Shown: positions 18,073 to 26,726, counted from the first letter of the stretch. The stretch is 32,000 nt of DNA from Delftia acidovorans NBRC 14950 (GCF_001598795.1 NZ_BCZP01000030.1:30001-62000); one strand, 5' to 3'. Numbers and translations are program-made. Notes: a model not told the origin generated them from the letters alone.

Positions 18073-18566
18073 ACGGCCACCGGGGGAAGCGTCATCGCGC
18101 GCGCTGCGGCGGTCTGCTCGGCGCGGAAGGCTTCGAGCCTGGTGCGCAGGGCCGGGTCCTCATTGGCCAGCAGGGCCACGGCGAAGAGGGCCGCATTGGC
18201 CGCACCGGCCGCGCCGATGGCGAAGGTGGCCACGGGCACGCCCTTGGGCATCTGCACGATGGAGTGCAGCGAGTCCACTCCCTGCAGGTGGCGGCTGGCC
18301 ACGGGCACGCCGAGCACGGGCACCACGGTCTTGGCGGCAATCATGCCGGGCAAGTGGGCAGCGCCCCCCGCACCCGCGATGATGGCCTTCAGGCCCCGGC
18401 CGGCAGCGGCCTCGGCGTAGGCGAACATGTCGTCGGGCATGCGGTGGGCCGAGACGACCTGGGCTTCATGGGCGATGCCAAATTGCTGAAGAATGGCAAC
18501 TGCGTGCTGCATGGTCTCCCAGTCGCTGCTGGAGCCCATGACCACACCGATCTGGATGGAGTTCAT
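18069..18566 (-). CDS. purE: N5-CAIR mutase PurE (class I)
   Basis: ..IGVVMGSSSDWETMQHA...L..FGI.HE..VVSAHR.PD.M..YA..A..RGLK.IIAGAGGAAHLPGM.AA.T..PV.GVPV.. Confidence 0.95.
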   Translation of the reverse strand: MNSIQIGVVMGSSSDWETMQHAVAILQQFGIAHEAQVVSAHRMPDDMFAYAEAAAGRGLKAIIAGAGGAAHLPGMIAAKTVVPVLGVPVASRHLQGVDSLHSIVQMPKGVPVATFAIGAAGAANAALFAVALLANEDPALRTRLEAFRAEQTAAARAMTLPPVAV

Positions 18567-18649
18567 GTCGTGAGGGCGCCTGCGGCCCGGCCTAGTGGAA
18601 CCCGCGATTTTACTTTTTTAGTCCTAATTCGCGTAATCCATGCGCCAAA

Positions 18650-20038
18650 TCACCGCACAGCCGTGTGCTGCTCGCGCGCAAAACCCAGCACGCGCTGGCG
18701 AAACACATGGGTCAGCCAGGCCAGGGCCAGCCCCACCTGCACGGCCAGCGACAGCCACATTCCGCTGGTGACGGGCTTTGTCAGGCCGGCTGCCAGCGGT
18801 TGGGCCAGCACGGCGGCATCGGCCCCGGCCAGGCCAAAGGCCAGCAGCGGCAGCACGATGTTGACCAGCAGCCAGGTGACGGCAAACGCGGCCAGCGGCG
18901 ACTTGATGCGCCCGGCCAGCAGGGAAAAGCCCGTGGCCAGCGCGGCATCGCGCAGCAACTGCGCCGTGGCCAGCGCCGCCAGTTGGGCCGCGCCCGGCAC
19001 GATGGGCTGGCCGCCCGCGGGCCACAGCAGCCACAGCGCGCAGGCCAGCACGGCCAGCAGCCAGCTCACGGGCCACAGCGGCAGCGCTTCGAGCGCGCCA
19101 CGCCAGCGCCCCTGCAGCACGCACCACTGCACCTGGCGCCAGCTGCGCAGGCCCTCGTCCATGCCGTGCAGGCAGACATAGGCCGTGCCCGCCAGCGCCA
19201 GCCCGGTGGTCCAAGCGAAGAAAGAGGCCGGGCCGGGGCCCTGCAACTGCATTGCATCGAGGTGCATGCCTCCAAAGGCCAGGCCCGCCACGCACAGGCC
19301 CAGCGGCCAGGCCCAGGGCAGGGTGCGCACATCCAGCCGCGTGCACAGCAGCCGCCACAGGGCCAGCAGGCCCAGCCCCAGCGCGATGGCGCCGAACAGG
19401 TAGATGGCGCCGCGCCCGTGCAGCGGCACGGACCACCACAGCACAGGGCGGCCTTCTTCGCGGCCCAGCTGCTCGGTCAACCGGCCCAGGATGGGTCCGG
19501 GCAGCACCATCACGAACAGCAGCGGCACCAGCACGAAGCGGATGCGGCGCGCGGGCTGCTCCTTCGGCCCCCAGCCCATGAGCACGGAGTGCATGCTCCA
19601 GGCCTGCAGGGCCAGGCCCCACAGCACGGCCTGCAGCACGGCGTGCACGCCCCAGGCCAGCCCGCCCGGCTGGCCCGCCGAGGTGGCCAGCACGGCAAGC
19701 GCGCACCACAGCATGTACAGCCAGGCCGCCAGCGGGGCGCCCAGCAGCTTGCCCCAGGCCATCTGCCAGGGCGTCAGGGCCGACAGGCGCTGCCAGTCCC
19801 AGGTGTGCTGGTGCGCCTCTTCGTTGAGGCCGCGCCCGGCCAGCACGCTGCCCAGGCCGGCCGCGGCGATCCACATGCCGATCAGGGCAGCGACCAGCAG
19901 GGCATGCAGGCGGTCTTCGGGCTGGACCAGAACCATTGGCGTGGCCAGCAGCAAGGCGGTGAGCAGCAGGCTCCAGCCCAGTTGGGCGGGCCGCCAGTTG
20001 AGCCAGAGTTGGCGCTGGAATTCCGGGTTGTGCGTCAT
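18650..20038 (-). CDS. Polytopic (~12 TM by eye), Trp-rich integral membrane protein of unassigned family; presumed permease partner of the upstream ABC ATPase
   Basis: The ATG at 20038 overlaps the ATPase stop (ATGA). Hydrophobic segments alternate with short Arg-rich loops across 462 aa. I recognise no family motif. The longer track ORFs (18650..20197 and 18624..20339) are run-ons or frame artefacts. Confidence 0.72.
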   Translation of the reverse strand: MTHNPEFQRQLWLNWRPAQLGWSLLLTALLLATPMVLVQPEDRLHALLVAALIGMWIAAAGLGSVLAGRGLNEEAHQHTWDWQRLSALTPWQMAWGKLLGAPLAAWLYMLWCALAVLATSAGQPGGLAWGVHAVLQAVLWGLALQAWSMHSVLMGWGPKEQPARRIRFVLVPLLFVMVLPGPILGRLTEQLGREEGRPVLWWSVPLHGRGAIYLFGAIALGLGLLALWRLLCTRLDVRTLPWAWPLGLCVAGLAFGGMHLDAMQLQGPGPASFFAWTTGLALAGTAYVCLHGMDEGLRSWRQVQWCVLQGRWRGALEALPLWPVSWLLAVLACALWLLWPAGGQPIVPGAAQLAALATAQLLRDAALATGFSLLAGRIKSPLAAFAVTWLLVNIVLPLLAFGLAGADAAVLAQPLAAGLTKPVTSGMWLSLAVQVGLALAWLTHVFRQRVLGFAREQHTAVR

Positions 20039-21021
20039 GGCTGCTCCGCAGGGGTGAGGGGGGCTGCGGCCTGCAGGCCGCGTGCGTAGCGGTCCTGCAG
20101 GCGCTCGCGCACAGGCGCCAGGCTGGCCACGGGCAGGCCGGCGCCAACCAGGCGTGCCAGCAGATCGGCGCGTTCGCGCGGCGGCGTGGGCAGCCAAAGC
20201 TGCAGATGCACCAGGCCCTGGTCATCGGGCGGCGGCACAGGGGTGTCGGGAAGGACCTGGTGCAGCTGCCGCGCCAGCGACCCGGCCGAGGCGCCCGGGG
20301 GCGGTGCCAGCTCCAGCGCGTACAGCGCCAGCGGCACATCGCCGCCGGCGGCCGGCGCCTGAATGCCGCCGTGCAGGGCCTCGTGGCTTTCCACGCGGCC
20401 GCCGCGCAGGCTCAGGATGTGGGTGCAGTACTCGTCGAGTTCGCTGAGGATGTGGCTGGAGACGATCAGGGTCATGCCCTGGGCCTGCAGCGCCCGCATC
20501 AGCTGGGACAGGCTGGCGCGGGCCTCGGGGTCCAGGCCGCTGGCCGGCTCGTCCAGCAGCAGCACGCGCGGCTGGTGGACGATGGCCTGGCCAATGGCCA
20601 CGCGCTGGCGCTGGCCGCGAGACAGCTCGGTGGGCAGGCGCTCCAGCAGATCGGCCAGGCCCAGCTGCCCGGCCACGTGCGCCACGCGCTGGGGCGCCTC
20701 GGACGGGGGCGCGCCCATGGACAGGGCCGCGTACTGCAGGCAGCGCCGCACGCTCAGGCGGTCATAGAGGCCGAAGAAATCCGACAGATAGCCCAGGTGC
20801 CGGTGCACTTCGCGGGGCTGCTCCTGCACCGCAATGCCATGCACCTCGACCTGGCCCGACAGCGGCTGGTCCAGCCCGGCGATGCAGCGCATCAGCGTGG
20901 ATTTTCCGGCGCCGTTGGGCCCCACCAGGGCCGTGACGGTGCCTGCGGCGATATGGACGCTGACGCCATCGAGCGCGCGGTGGCCTGGGTACTCGAACAC
21001 CAGCTGCGAAACCTTGATCAA
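20035..21021 (-). CDS. ABC transporter ATP-binding protein (ABC-2/CcmA-like subfamily) with a ~100-aa C-terminal extension
   Basis: Walker A GPNGAGKST, signature LSRGQRQRV, Walker B LLLDEP, H-loop SSHIL. I prefer the TTG start at 21021 (LIKVSQLVFEY..), which has GAGGGAGGG 6 nt upstream. The track start at 21174 adds 51 non-conserved residues. Confidence 0.88.
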   Translation of the reverse strand: MIKVSQLVFEYPGHRALDGVSVHIAAGTVTALVGPNGAGKSTLMRCIAGLDQPLSGQVEVHGIAVQEQPREVHRHLGYLSDFFGLYDRLSVRRCLQYAALSMGAPPSEAPQRVAHVAGQLGLADLLERLPTELSRGQRQRVAIGQAIVHQPRVLLLDEPASGLDPEARASLSQLMRALQAQGMTLIVSSHILSELDEYCTHILSLRGGRVESHEALHGGIQAPAAGGDVPLALYALELAPPPGASAGSLARQLHQVLPDTPVPPPDDQGLVHLQLWLPTPPRERADLLARLVGAGLPVASLAPVRERLQDRYARGLQAAAPLTPAEQP

Positions 21022-21160
21022 GGCGAGCCCTCCCTCATTGCGTTGATGGCAGGCCGCAATGGCGGCACAGCGCGCCAATATAGCCCAGCGCTGCCGCGCC
21101 GCGCCCTCGGCCGGGCGGCTTGAAATGCGCGCAGCCTGCTCCCATCTGGGGTGGCTGCCG

Positions 21161-21182
21161 CCCAGGGCGTTCACGCCCTGGG
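21161..21182. other. Perfect 9-bp-stem palindrome cccagggcg-ttca-cgccctggg in the ABC/thioredoxin divergent intergenic region
   Basis: Direct reading. No U-tract is present. Function unknown: protein site or RNA hairpin. Confidence 0.5.
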
Positions 21183-21296
21183 CCTTGGAATTGCTGGAGA
21201 ATCACACGGTCCGTATCGGAGGCATTCGGCCGCCGAACTCCGAACCGCCACAGTCCGCGCGCCCTGGCCGCGCGCCTTGCCACAGGGTCTGATCAC

Positions 21297-22253
21297 ATGA
21301 TTGATGTCACCATTGAGAATTTCGAAGCCGAAGTCGTCGCCGCCTCCATGCAGGTGCCGGTGCTCGTCGACTTCTGGGCGCCCTGGTGCGGCCCGTGCAA
21401 GACGCTGGGCCCCATCCTGGAAAAGCTCGAAGTGGCCTACGAAGGCCGCTTCAAGCTGGTCAAGATCGACTCCGACCAGGAGCAGCAACTGGCCGGCATG
21501 TTCGGCATCCGCTCCATCCCGACCTGCATTCTGATGATGGGCGGCCGCCCCGTGGACGGCTTCATGGGCGCCCAGCCCGAAGGCAAGCTGCGCGAGTTCC
21601 TCGACAAGCACCTGCCCTCGGAAGGCGAGCTGGCCGCCGAGGCCGAAGCCGACGAGGCCCACCAGTTGCTGGAAGCCGGCGACACCCAGGCCGCCCTGCA
21701 AAAGCTGGCCGACGCCCTGGCCGCCGACCCGGCCAACGACGATGCGCGCTTCGACTACGTGCGCCTGCTGATCGCCACGGGCGGCTACGAAGAGGCCGGC
21801 GCCCTGCTGGCCGAGCCGCTCAAGCGCATTCCCCAGGCCACGCGCTTCGAGGCGCTCAACCAGTGGCTGCAGTGCATGCTGTTCGTGCACAACGACGAGC
21901 GTGGCAACTGGGAGTTTGCGCAGTTCGACGCCGTCATCGCGCAGAACAAGCGCGACTTCGACACCCGCTTCGGCAAGGCCCGGGCCCTGGCCGCCGAAGG
22001 CCAATGGGCCGCCAGCATGGACGAACTGCTGGAAATCATCATGCGCGACAAGGATTGGAACGGCCAGGCCGCGCGCAAGCTCTACGTGGGCATCCTGGAG
22101 CTGCTCACGCCCCCGAAGCCCAAGAAGCAGGACGCCATCCCCGGCAAGAGCAGCGGCGGCATCGAGCTGCTGGGCAAGGCTGGCGCCGAGCAGGACGAAG
22201 CCACGCAACTGGTCAACAGCTACCGCCGCAAGCTCAGCATGGCGCTGAACTGA
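21297..22253 (+). CDS. Thioredoxin-domain plus TPR-like co-chaperone (YbbN/CnoX-type) with an intact WCGPC active site
   Basis: MIDVTIENFEAEVV..VPVLVDFWAPWCGPCK.L.P.LEKL......FKL.K.D.D....LA..FGIRSIPT.. is followed by a ~200-aa helical/TPR-like tail. Start trimmed to ATG 21297. Confidence 0.88.
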   Translation: MIDVTIENFEAEVVAASMQVPVLVDFWAPWCGPCKTLGPILEKLEVAYEGRFKLVKIDSDQEQQLAGMFGIRSIPTCILMMGGRPVDGFMGAQPEGKLREFLDKHLPSEGELAAEAEADEAHQLLEAGDTQAALQKLADALAADPANDDARFDYVRLLIATGGYEEAGALLAEPLKRIPQATRFEALNQWLQCMLFVHNDERGNWEFAQFDAVIAQNKRDFDTRFGKARALAAEGQWAASMDELLEIIMRDKDWNGQAARKLYVGILELLTPPKPKKQDAIPGKSSGGIELLGKAGAEQDEATQLVNSYRRKLSMALN

Positions 22254-22280
22254 GACCGGCGCTGCACGGGTGAAGAGACG

Positions 22281-22305
22281 GGGGAGCCTTGCGGCTCCCT
22301 TTTTC
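22281..22305 (+). terminator. Rho-independent terminator after the thioredoxin-TPR gene
   Basis: gggagcc-ttgc-ggctccc followed by TTTTT, 28 nt after the stop. Confidence 0.72.
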
Positions 22306-22316
22306 ATGGCGAGGGC

Positions 22317-23135
22317 TCAGGGCGCAACCGGTTCCTCGGCCGCATGCGCGCGGTGCAGCAACTGCACGAAGCCGGGCGCATCGGGCAGATGCACATCGGC
22401 CAGGCGCCTGACCGGAATGCCCGGGGACCACGAATTCATCACCACGGCGCCGGCCAGGGATGGCAGGTCGGCCCGGGTCAGCACGGCCTGGCGTTGCGCC
22501 ACGCCCAGGCGCTGCAACTGGCGCCGCAGCATGGACTCGGTCGTGCCCGGCAGCACCTGGGCGCGCGGCCAGACCACGGCATCTCCATCCCAGAAGGCCA
22601 GGTTCCAGATGGTGGCCTCGCCAATGCGGCCGTGGCGGTCGGCAAATGCGGCGTCGTCAAAGCCCTGGGCTACGGCGCGGCGCAGCAGATGCGTCTTGGC
22701 CACCTCGCCCACATGCTTGAGGTGGGGCAGCATGCGCTCATGCTCGAACAGCGCCAGGCTCAAGGGCGCGGCGGGGCCCGAGGCGGGTGCCGAGGTGCGC
22801 ACCAGCATGCGCGGCCGTGCATCGGCGGCCGTGAATTCACCGGCAGGCGAGTACACCGTGGCGGTCAGCGACACATCCTGCGGACCGTTGGCAAGCGCCG
22901 CCCGCAGCTGTGCCTGGACATCGTCATCGGACAAGGCCTGGCCGTACAGCTCCAGCGAGGCCTGGCGCAGACGCTGCAGATGCAGGTCCAGCCCGCGCAG
23001 CCGGCCGCCGCGCACCTGCATGGCCGTGAAATGGGCATGGCCGGCAAAGGCCAGGGCGGCGAGTTCGGCCGCCGTAGCGGGCTGCCCATCGATAAGGCTG
23101 GTGAAGAAAGAGGCGGTTTCCATGGGTTCATCCAT
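22317..23135 (-). CDS. Aminotransferase class IV family protein (aminodeoxychorismate lyase / D-amino-acid aminotransferase-like)
   Basis: ..AHFTAMQVRGGR.RGLDLHL.RL..AS..LYG..., candidate PLP-Lys region ..LPHLKHVGEVAKTHLLRRA...GFDDA.F.D..G.I.E.TIWN..F.DG..VVWP....LPGTT... The start could be ATG 23135 or 23123. Confidence 0.72.
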   Translation of the reverse strand: MDEPMETASFFTSLIDGQPATAAELAALAFAGHAHFTAMQVRGGRLRGLDLHLQRLRQASLELYGQALSDDDVQAQLRAALANGPQDVSLTATVYSPAGEFTAADARPRMLVRTSAPASGPAAPLSLALFEHERMLPHLKHVGEVAKTHLLRRAVAQGFDDAAFADRHGRIGEATIWNLAFWDGDAVVWPRAQVLPGTTESMLRRQLQRLGVAQRQAVLTRADLPSLAGAVVMNSWSPGIPVRRLADVHLPDAPGFVQLLHRAHAAEEPVAP

Positions 23136-23139
23136 CCAG

Positions 23140-23207
23140 TTTTCTTGATTGTTCGATGGCGGTCCCAAAAGAGGAAGCAAGTAGTATTCGGGGCTTTATC
23201 AAGAAAA
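23140..23207. promoter_or_regulatory. 10-bp perfect inverted repeat TTTTCTTGAT (23140-23149) / ATCAAGAAAA (23198-23207) bracketing the divergent promoter region
   Basis: Direct reading. In each gene's own sense orientation ATCAAGAAAA sits 4 nt (aminotransferase ATG 23135) or 12 nt (LysR ATG 23220) upstream of the start codon. Confidence 0.45.
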
Positions 23208-23219
23208 ATTTGAAGATCC

Positions 23220-24131
23220 ATGCGCCAGCTTCCACCCGGCACGCGCGCCCTGCGCAGCTTCGAGGCTGCAGGGCGCCACCTGAACTTCACGCGCGCGGCC
23301 GACGAGTTGGGGCTGACCCCGGCGGCGGTCAGCCACCAGATCAAGGAGATGGAGGAACAGCTGGGCCTAGTCCTCTTCACGCGCAACAGCCGCAGCATGC
23401 AGCTCACGCCCGCAGGCAGCGTGCTGCTGGAGGCCACGGCCGAGGCGCTGGGCCTGCTGCGGCGCGCCACCGGCCGTGCCCGCCAGCTGGCCCGGGGCGA
23501 GACGCGGCTGCGCCTGTCGCTGGGCGCGCGCTTTGCCACGCAGTGGCTGCTGCCCCGGCTGCCGCGCTTTCGCGCCGCGCATCCGCAGATCGAACTGAGC
23601 TTCGACATCTGCGACGAGGTGCGCGACTTCGACGCCGATGACATCGACGCCGCCATCCGCTTCGGCACCGGCCGTGATCCGCACACCCTGGCGGTGCGCC
23701 TGCTCGATGCCAGGGTGATCCCCGTCTGCAGCCCGGCCCTGCTGCAGTCCGGCCCGCCGCTGGCGCGGCCTGTTGACCTGCTGGCGCACACGCTGTGCCA
23801 TGTCGATTGCAGGGTGGACAGCCAGGTCTGGCCGAACTGGCCGATGTGGATGGCGGCGGCCGGCGTGGAGGGCCTGGACGCAGGCCGCTGCATCGCCTTC
23901 ACCGACTCCAGCCACGTCGTGCAGGCCGTGCTGGACGGCGGCGCCGTGGGCCTGGTCGAGCAGGACCTGGTGGCCGAAGACCTGGCCCGTGGCCGCCTGA
24001 TGCGCCTGTTCGACATCGCCGTGGGCCTGGGCCCGGCCTACGCCTACCACCTGCTTTACCCCCGGCGCAGCCAGGGCCAGCCGGCCATCGAGGCGCTGCG
24101 TGCGTGGGTGCTGCAGGAGGCCGGGCTGTAG
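23220..24131 (+). CDS. LysR-family transcriptional regulator (GcvA-like)
   Basis: ..LRSFEAAGRHLNFTRAADELGLTPAAVSHQIKEMEEQLGLVLFTRNSRSMQLTPAG.. Confidence 0.85.
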   Translation: MRQLPPGTRALRSFEAAGRHLNFTRAADELGLTPAAVSHQIKEMEEQLGLVLFTRNSRSMQLTPAGSVLLEATAEALGLLRRATGRARQLARGETRLRLSLGARFATQWLLPRLPRFRAAHPQIELSFDICDEVRDFDADDIDAAIRFGTGRDPHTLAVRLLDARVIPVCSPALLQSGPPLARPVDLLAHTLCHVDCRVDSQVWPNWPMWMAAAGVEGLDAGRCIAFTDSSHVVQAVLDGGAVGLVEQDLVAEDLARGRLMRLFDIAVGLGPAYAYHLLYPRRSQGQPAIEALRAWVLQEAGL

Positions 24132-24140
24132 CGCCTACGC

Positions 24141-25037
24141 CTACTGCCGTACGGGATCGGCAAATCGCATCAACCCGCGCACCACGGCCTGCACGGCCGG
24201 GTCTTGTTGCGCGGCGCTGCGGCAGGCCAGTCCCAGCGGGCGTGTCAGGGCGGGGCTGAGTCCGCGCTGCTGCAGGGTGCGGCTGACGGCGTCCATGGGC
24301 TCCTCGCGCGGCAGGACCGTGGGGCCGTGGCCGGCGGCGACCAGGGCGCGTATGCCTTCGGGAAAGCTCATTTCCATGCGTGGCTGGGGCAGCAGGCCCG
24401 CCTGGGCGAACCATTGGGACAGCAGGCGGTGCATCTGGGTGCCGGCGGCAAAGCCTATCCAGGGCTGGGCGTTGAGCCATTCGGGCGTGATCTGGTCGGG
24501 CAGCGGCATCTGCGGCGGGGCGAACAGCTCCATGGGGTCGTTGCGCCAGGCGCGCATTTCAAGGCCTGAAGGCACGGGCTGGGGCAGCCCGACCAGGGCC
24601 AGGTCCAGGTGGCCAGTCGCCAGGCGCTGCATGGCCTGGGCGGAGCTCACGACTTCCAGGCGCAGTTCCACGCCGGGCGCGTGCTCGGCCAGCCATTGCA
24701 GCAGTTCGGGCAAAAGCAAGGGGCTGACGCCGGCCGAGGCGCCTATGCGCACGCTGGCGCCAAAGCCCTCGGCACGCTTGCGCACCTGGCGCAGCAGGGC
24801 CTCGCTGTCGGCCAGCAGGCGGCGTCCGCCTTCGGCCAGCAGAGCGCCTGCGGGCGTCAGCTGCGCCTTTCGCTTGCCGCGCACCAGCAGCGGTGTGTCC
24901 AGGCGCGCTTCCAGCTCCTGGATGTGCAGGCTGACGGCGGGCGGCGACAGGTGAAGGGCCTGGGCGGCAGCAGCCAGCGTGCCCAGGTCGGCCACGGCCA
25001 CCAGGGTCTGGAGCTGGTCAAGGTTCAGGCGTCGCAT
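24141..25037 (-). CDS. LysR-family transcriptional regulator (divergent from the EamA gene)
   Basis: MRRLNLDQLQTLVAVADLGTLAAAAQALHLSPPAVSLHIQELEARLDTPLLVRGKRKAQLTPAG.. Confidence 0.85.
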   Translation of the reverse strand: MRRLNLDQLQTLVAVADLGTLAAAAQALHLSPPAVSLHIQELEARLDTPLLVRGKRKAQLTPAGALLAEGGRRLLADSEALLRQVRKRAEGFGASVRIGASAGVSPLLLPELLQWLAEHAPGVELRLEVVSSAQAMQRLATGHLDLALVGLPQPVPSGLEMRAWRNDPMELFAPPQMPLPDQITPEWLNAQPWIGFAAGTQMHRLLSQWFAQAGLLPQPRMEMSFPEGIRALVAAGHGPTVLPREEPMDAVSRTLQQRGLSPALTRPLGLACRSAAQQDPAVQAVVRGLMRFADPVRQ

Positions 25038-25131
25038 CAGGTTTCCTGAAGATGATGTTCCGAAGATTCGACTTTATCTAATCTGGGTGCGAATCCATCA
25101 TCCCGTCCCGTATCAAGAACGAGGCCATGGA

Positions 25132-25992
25132 ATGGAATTGAGCAATGCGGTGCTGGCCGCGGCCCTGGGGGCCGCGCTGATGAATGCGGGATGGAACAGC
25201 GCCATCAAGCTGGGCGGCGACAAGATGGTCGCCATGGCGCTGACCACGGGGCTGGCCAGCCTGTGGTCGCTGCTGGTGCTGCCCTGGCTGGACTGGCGCG
25301 CGGCGGGGTTGTGGAACGCATCGGTGTGGTGGTGGCTGGCGGCCTCGGTGGCCGTGCACACCGTCTATCACTTCGTGCTGCCGCGCGCCTACCAGCATGG
25401 CGAGTTCGGCGTGGTCTACCCGGTGGCACGCGGCAGTGCGCCGCTGTTCGTCACGCTGGGCGCGGCGCTGCTGGCCGGAGAGTGGCCGGGCGCGACCGGG
25501 CTGGCCGGCGTGCTGTGCCTGTCGCTGGGCGTGCTGGCGCTGTCGTTGCGCAGCGGCGCGGCCAGCGGTTATGGCGGCAGCGGCTATGCGCTGGCCACGG
25601 GCGCCATGATTGCCTGCTATACGGTCATCGACGGGCTGGGGGCGCGCGCATCCGGCTCCGCGCTGCTCTATGCGGCTCTGCTCACGCTGGGCGATGGCCT
25701 GGCCACGGTGCTGATCGTCGCCTGGCGGCGCGGCCCCGCCGTGCTGCGTGCCGATGCACGCACCTGGCGCCTGTGTGCCCTGGCCGCCGCCATGCAGCTG
25801 AGTGCCAGCTGGATGGCGACCTGGGCGCTGTCGCAGGCGCCCATGGGGCTGGTGTCTGCGCTGCGTGAAAGCAGCGTGCTGTTTGCGGGCTGGATTGCCG
25901 CCTGGCTGATGCGCGAGCGCCTGGGCCGTGTGCGCATGCTGGCCTCGGCCCTGGTCTTCGGCGGCATCGTGCTGGTGCGCTGGGGCGGTTGA
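25132..25992 (+). CDS. EamA/DMT-superfamily transporter
   Basis: About 10 hydrophobic helices in 286 aa, with two EamA-like halves. ATG 25132 has GAGG 7 nt upstream. The track start at 24979 overlaps the LysR gene. Confidence 0.78.
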   Translation: MELSNAVLAAALGAALMNAGWNSAIKLGGDKMVAMALTTGLASLWSLLVLPWLDWRAAGLWNASVWWWLAASVAVHTVYHFVLPRAYQHGEFGVVYPVARGSAPLFVTLGAALLAGEWPGATGLAGVLCLSLGVLALSLRSGAASGYGGSGYALATGAMIACYTVIDGLGARASGSALLYAALLTLGDGLATVLIVAWRRGPAVLRADARTWRLCALAAAMQLSASWMATWALSQAPMGLVSALRESSVLFAGWIAAWLMRERLGRVRMLASALVFGGIVLVRWGG

Positions 25993-26021
25993 GCCGCCCG
26001 GCGCCAACGGCCGTTGCGTGC

Positions 26022-26606
26022 TCAGCCGTGGCTGATGCGCGTGCCCAGGAGCGTCAGGAACTGGGCGATCCAGGCCGGATGTGCGGGCCAGGCGGGGGCG
26101 CTGACCAGGTTGCCTTCGGTATGCGCCTGGTCCACGCCGATGTCGGCGTAGGTGCCGCCGGCCAATTCGACCTCGGCACGGCAGGCCGGGTAGGCCGAGC
26201 AGGTGCGGCCCTTGAGCACTCCGGCGCCGGCCAGCAGCTGGGCGCCATGGCAGACGGCGGCCACGGGTTTGTTGTTGTCGAAGAAGTGGCGCACGGCGGC
26301 GCGCACGGCGTCGTAGTTGCGCAGGTACTCGGGGCCGCGTCCACCGGGGATCACCAGAGCGTCGTACTGCTCGGGCTTGATGTCGGCGAAGCTGGCGTTG
26401 AGCGTGAAGTTGTGGCCGGGCTTCTCGCTGTAGGTCTGCGCGCCCTCGAAATCATGGATGGCCGTCTTGATGTGTTCCCCGGCCTTCTTGTCGGGGCAGA
26501 CCGCATGCACCGTGTGTCCCACGGCCTGCAGGGCCTGGAAGGGGACCATGGTTTCGTAGTCCTCGCAGTAGTCGCCACAGATCATCAGAATCTTCTTGCC
26601 AGCCAT
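26022..26606 (-). CDS. DJ-1/PfpI-family protein (type 1 glutamine amidotransferase-like)
   Basis: ..[14 protein letters not shown]...PFQAL...GH.V.AVCP.K..G........[15 protein letters not shown]......V..F....[13 protein letters not shown].. with the nucleophile-elbow Cys-His. AAGGAG RBS. Confidence 0.88.
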   Translation of the reverse strand: MAGKKILMICGDYCEDYETMVPFQALQAVGHTVHAVCPDKKAGEHIKTAIHDFEGAQTYSEKPGHNFTLNASFADIKPEQYDALVIPGGRGPEYLRNYDAVRAAVRHFFDNNKPVAAVCHGAQLLAGAGVLKGRTCSAYPACRAEVELAGGTYADIGVDQAHTEGNLVSAPAWPAHPAWIAQFLTLLGTRISHG

Positions 26607-26698
26607 GTGCTTGCTCCTTCAGAAAAAGTCAGAGGAAGCGAACATTGTGGCAGCGTCGGTGACGCAGGCATGACCGGCTGCAAAAACGCAGGCCCGCA

Positions 26699-26726
26699 AC
26701 AAAAAAGAGAGCCGAAGCTCTCTTTT
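26699..26726 (-). terminator. Rho-independent terminator after purC
   Basis: The minus strand reads agagagc-ttcg-gctctct followed by TTTTTT, about 40 nt downstream of the purC stop. Confidence 0.72.
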
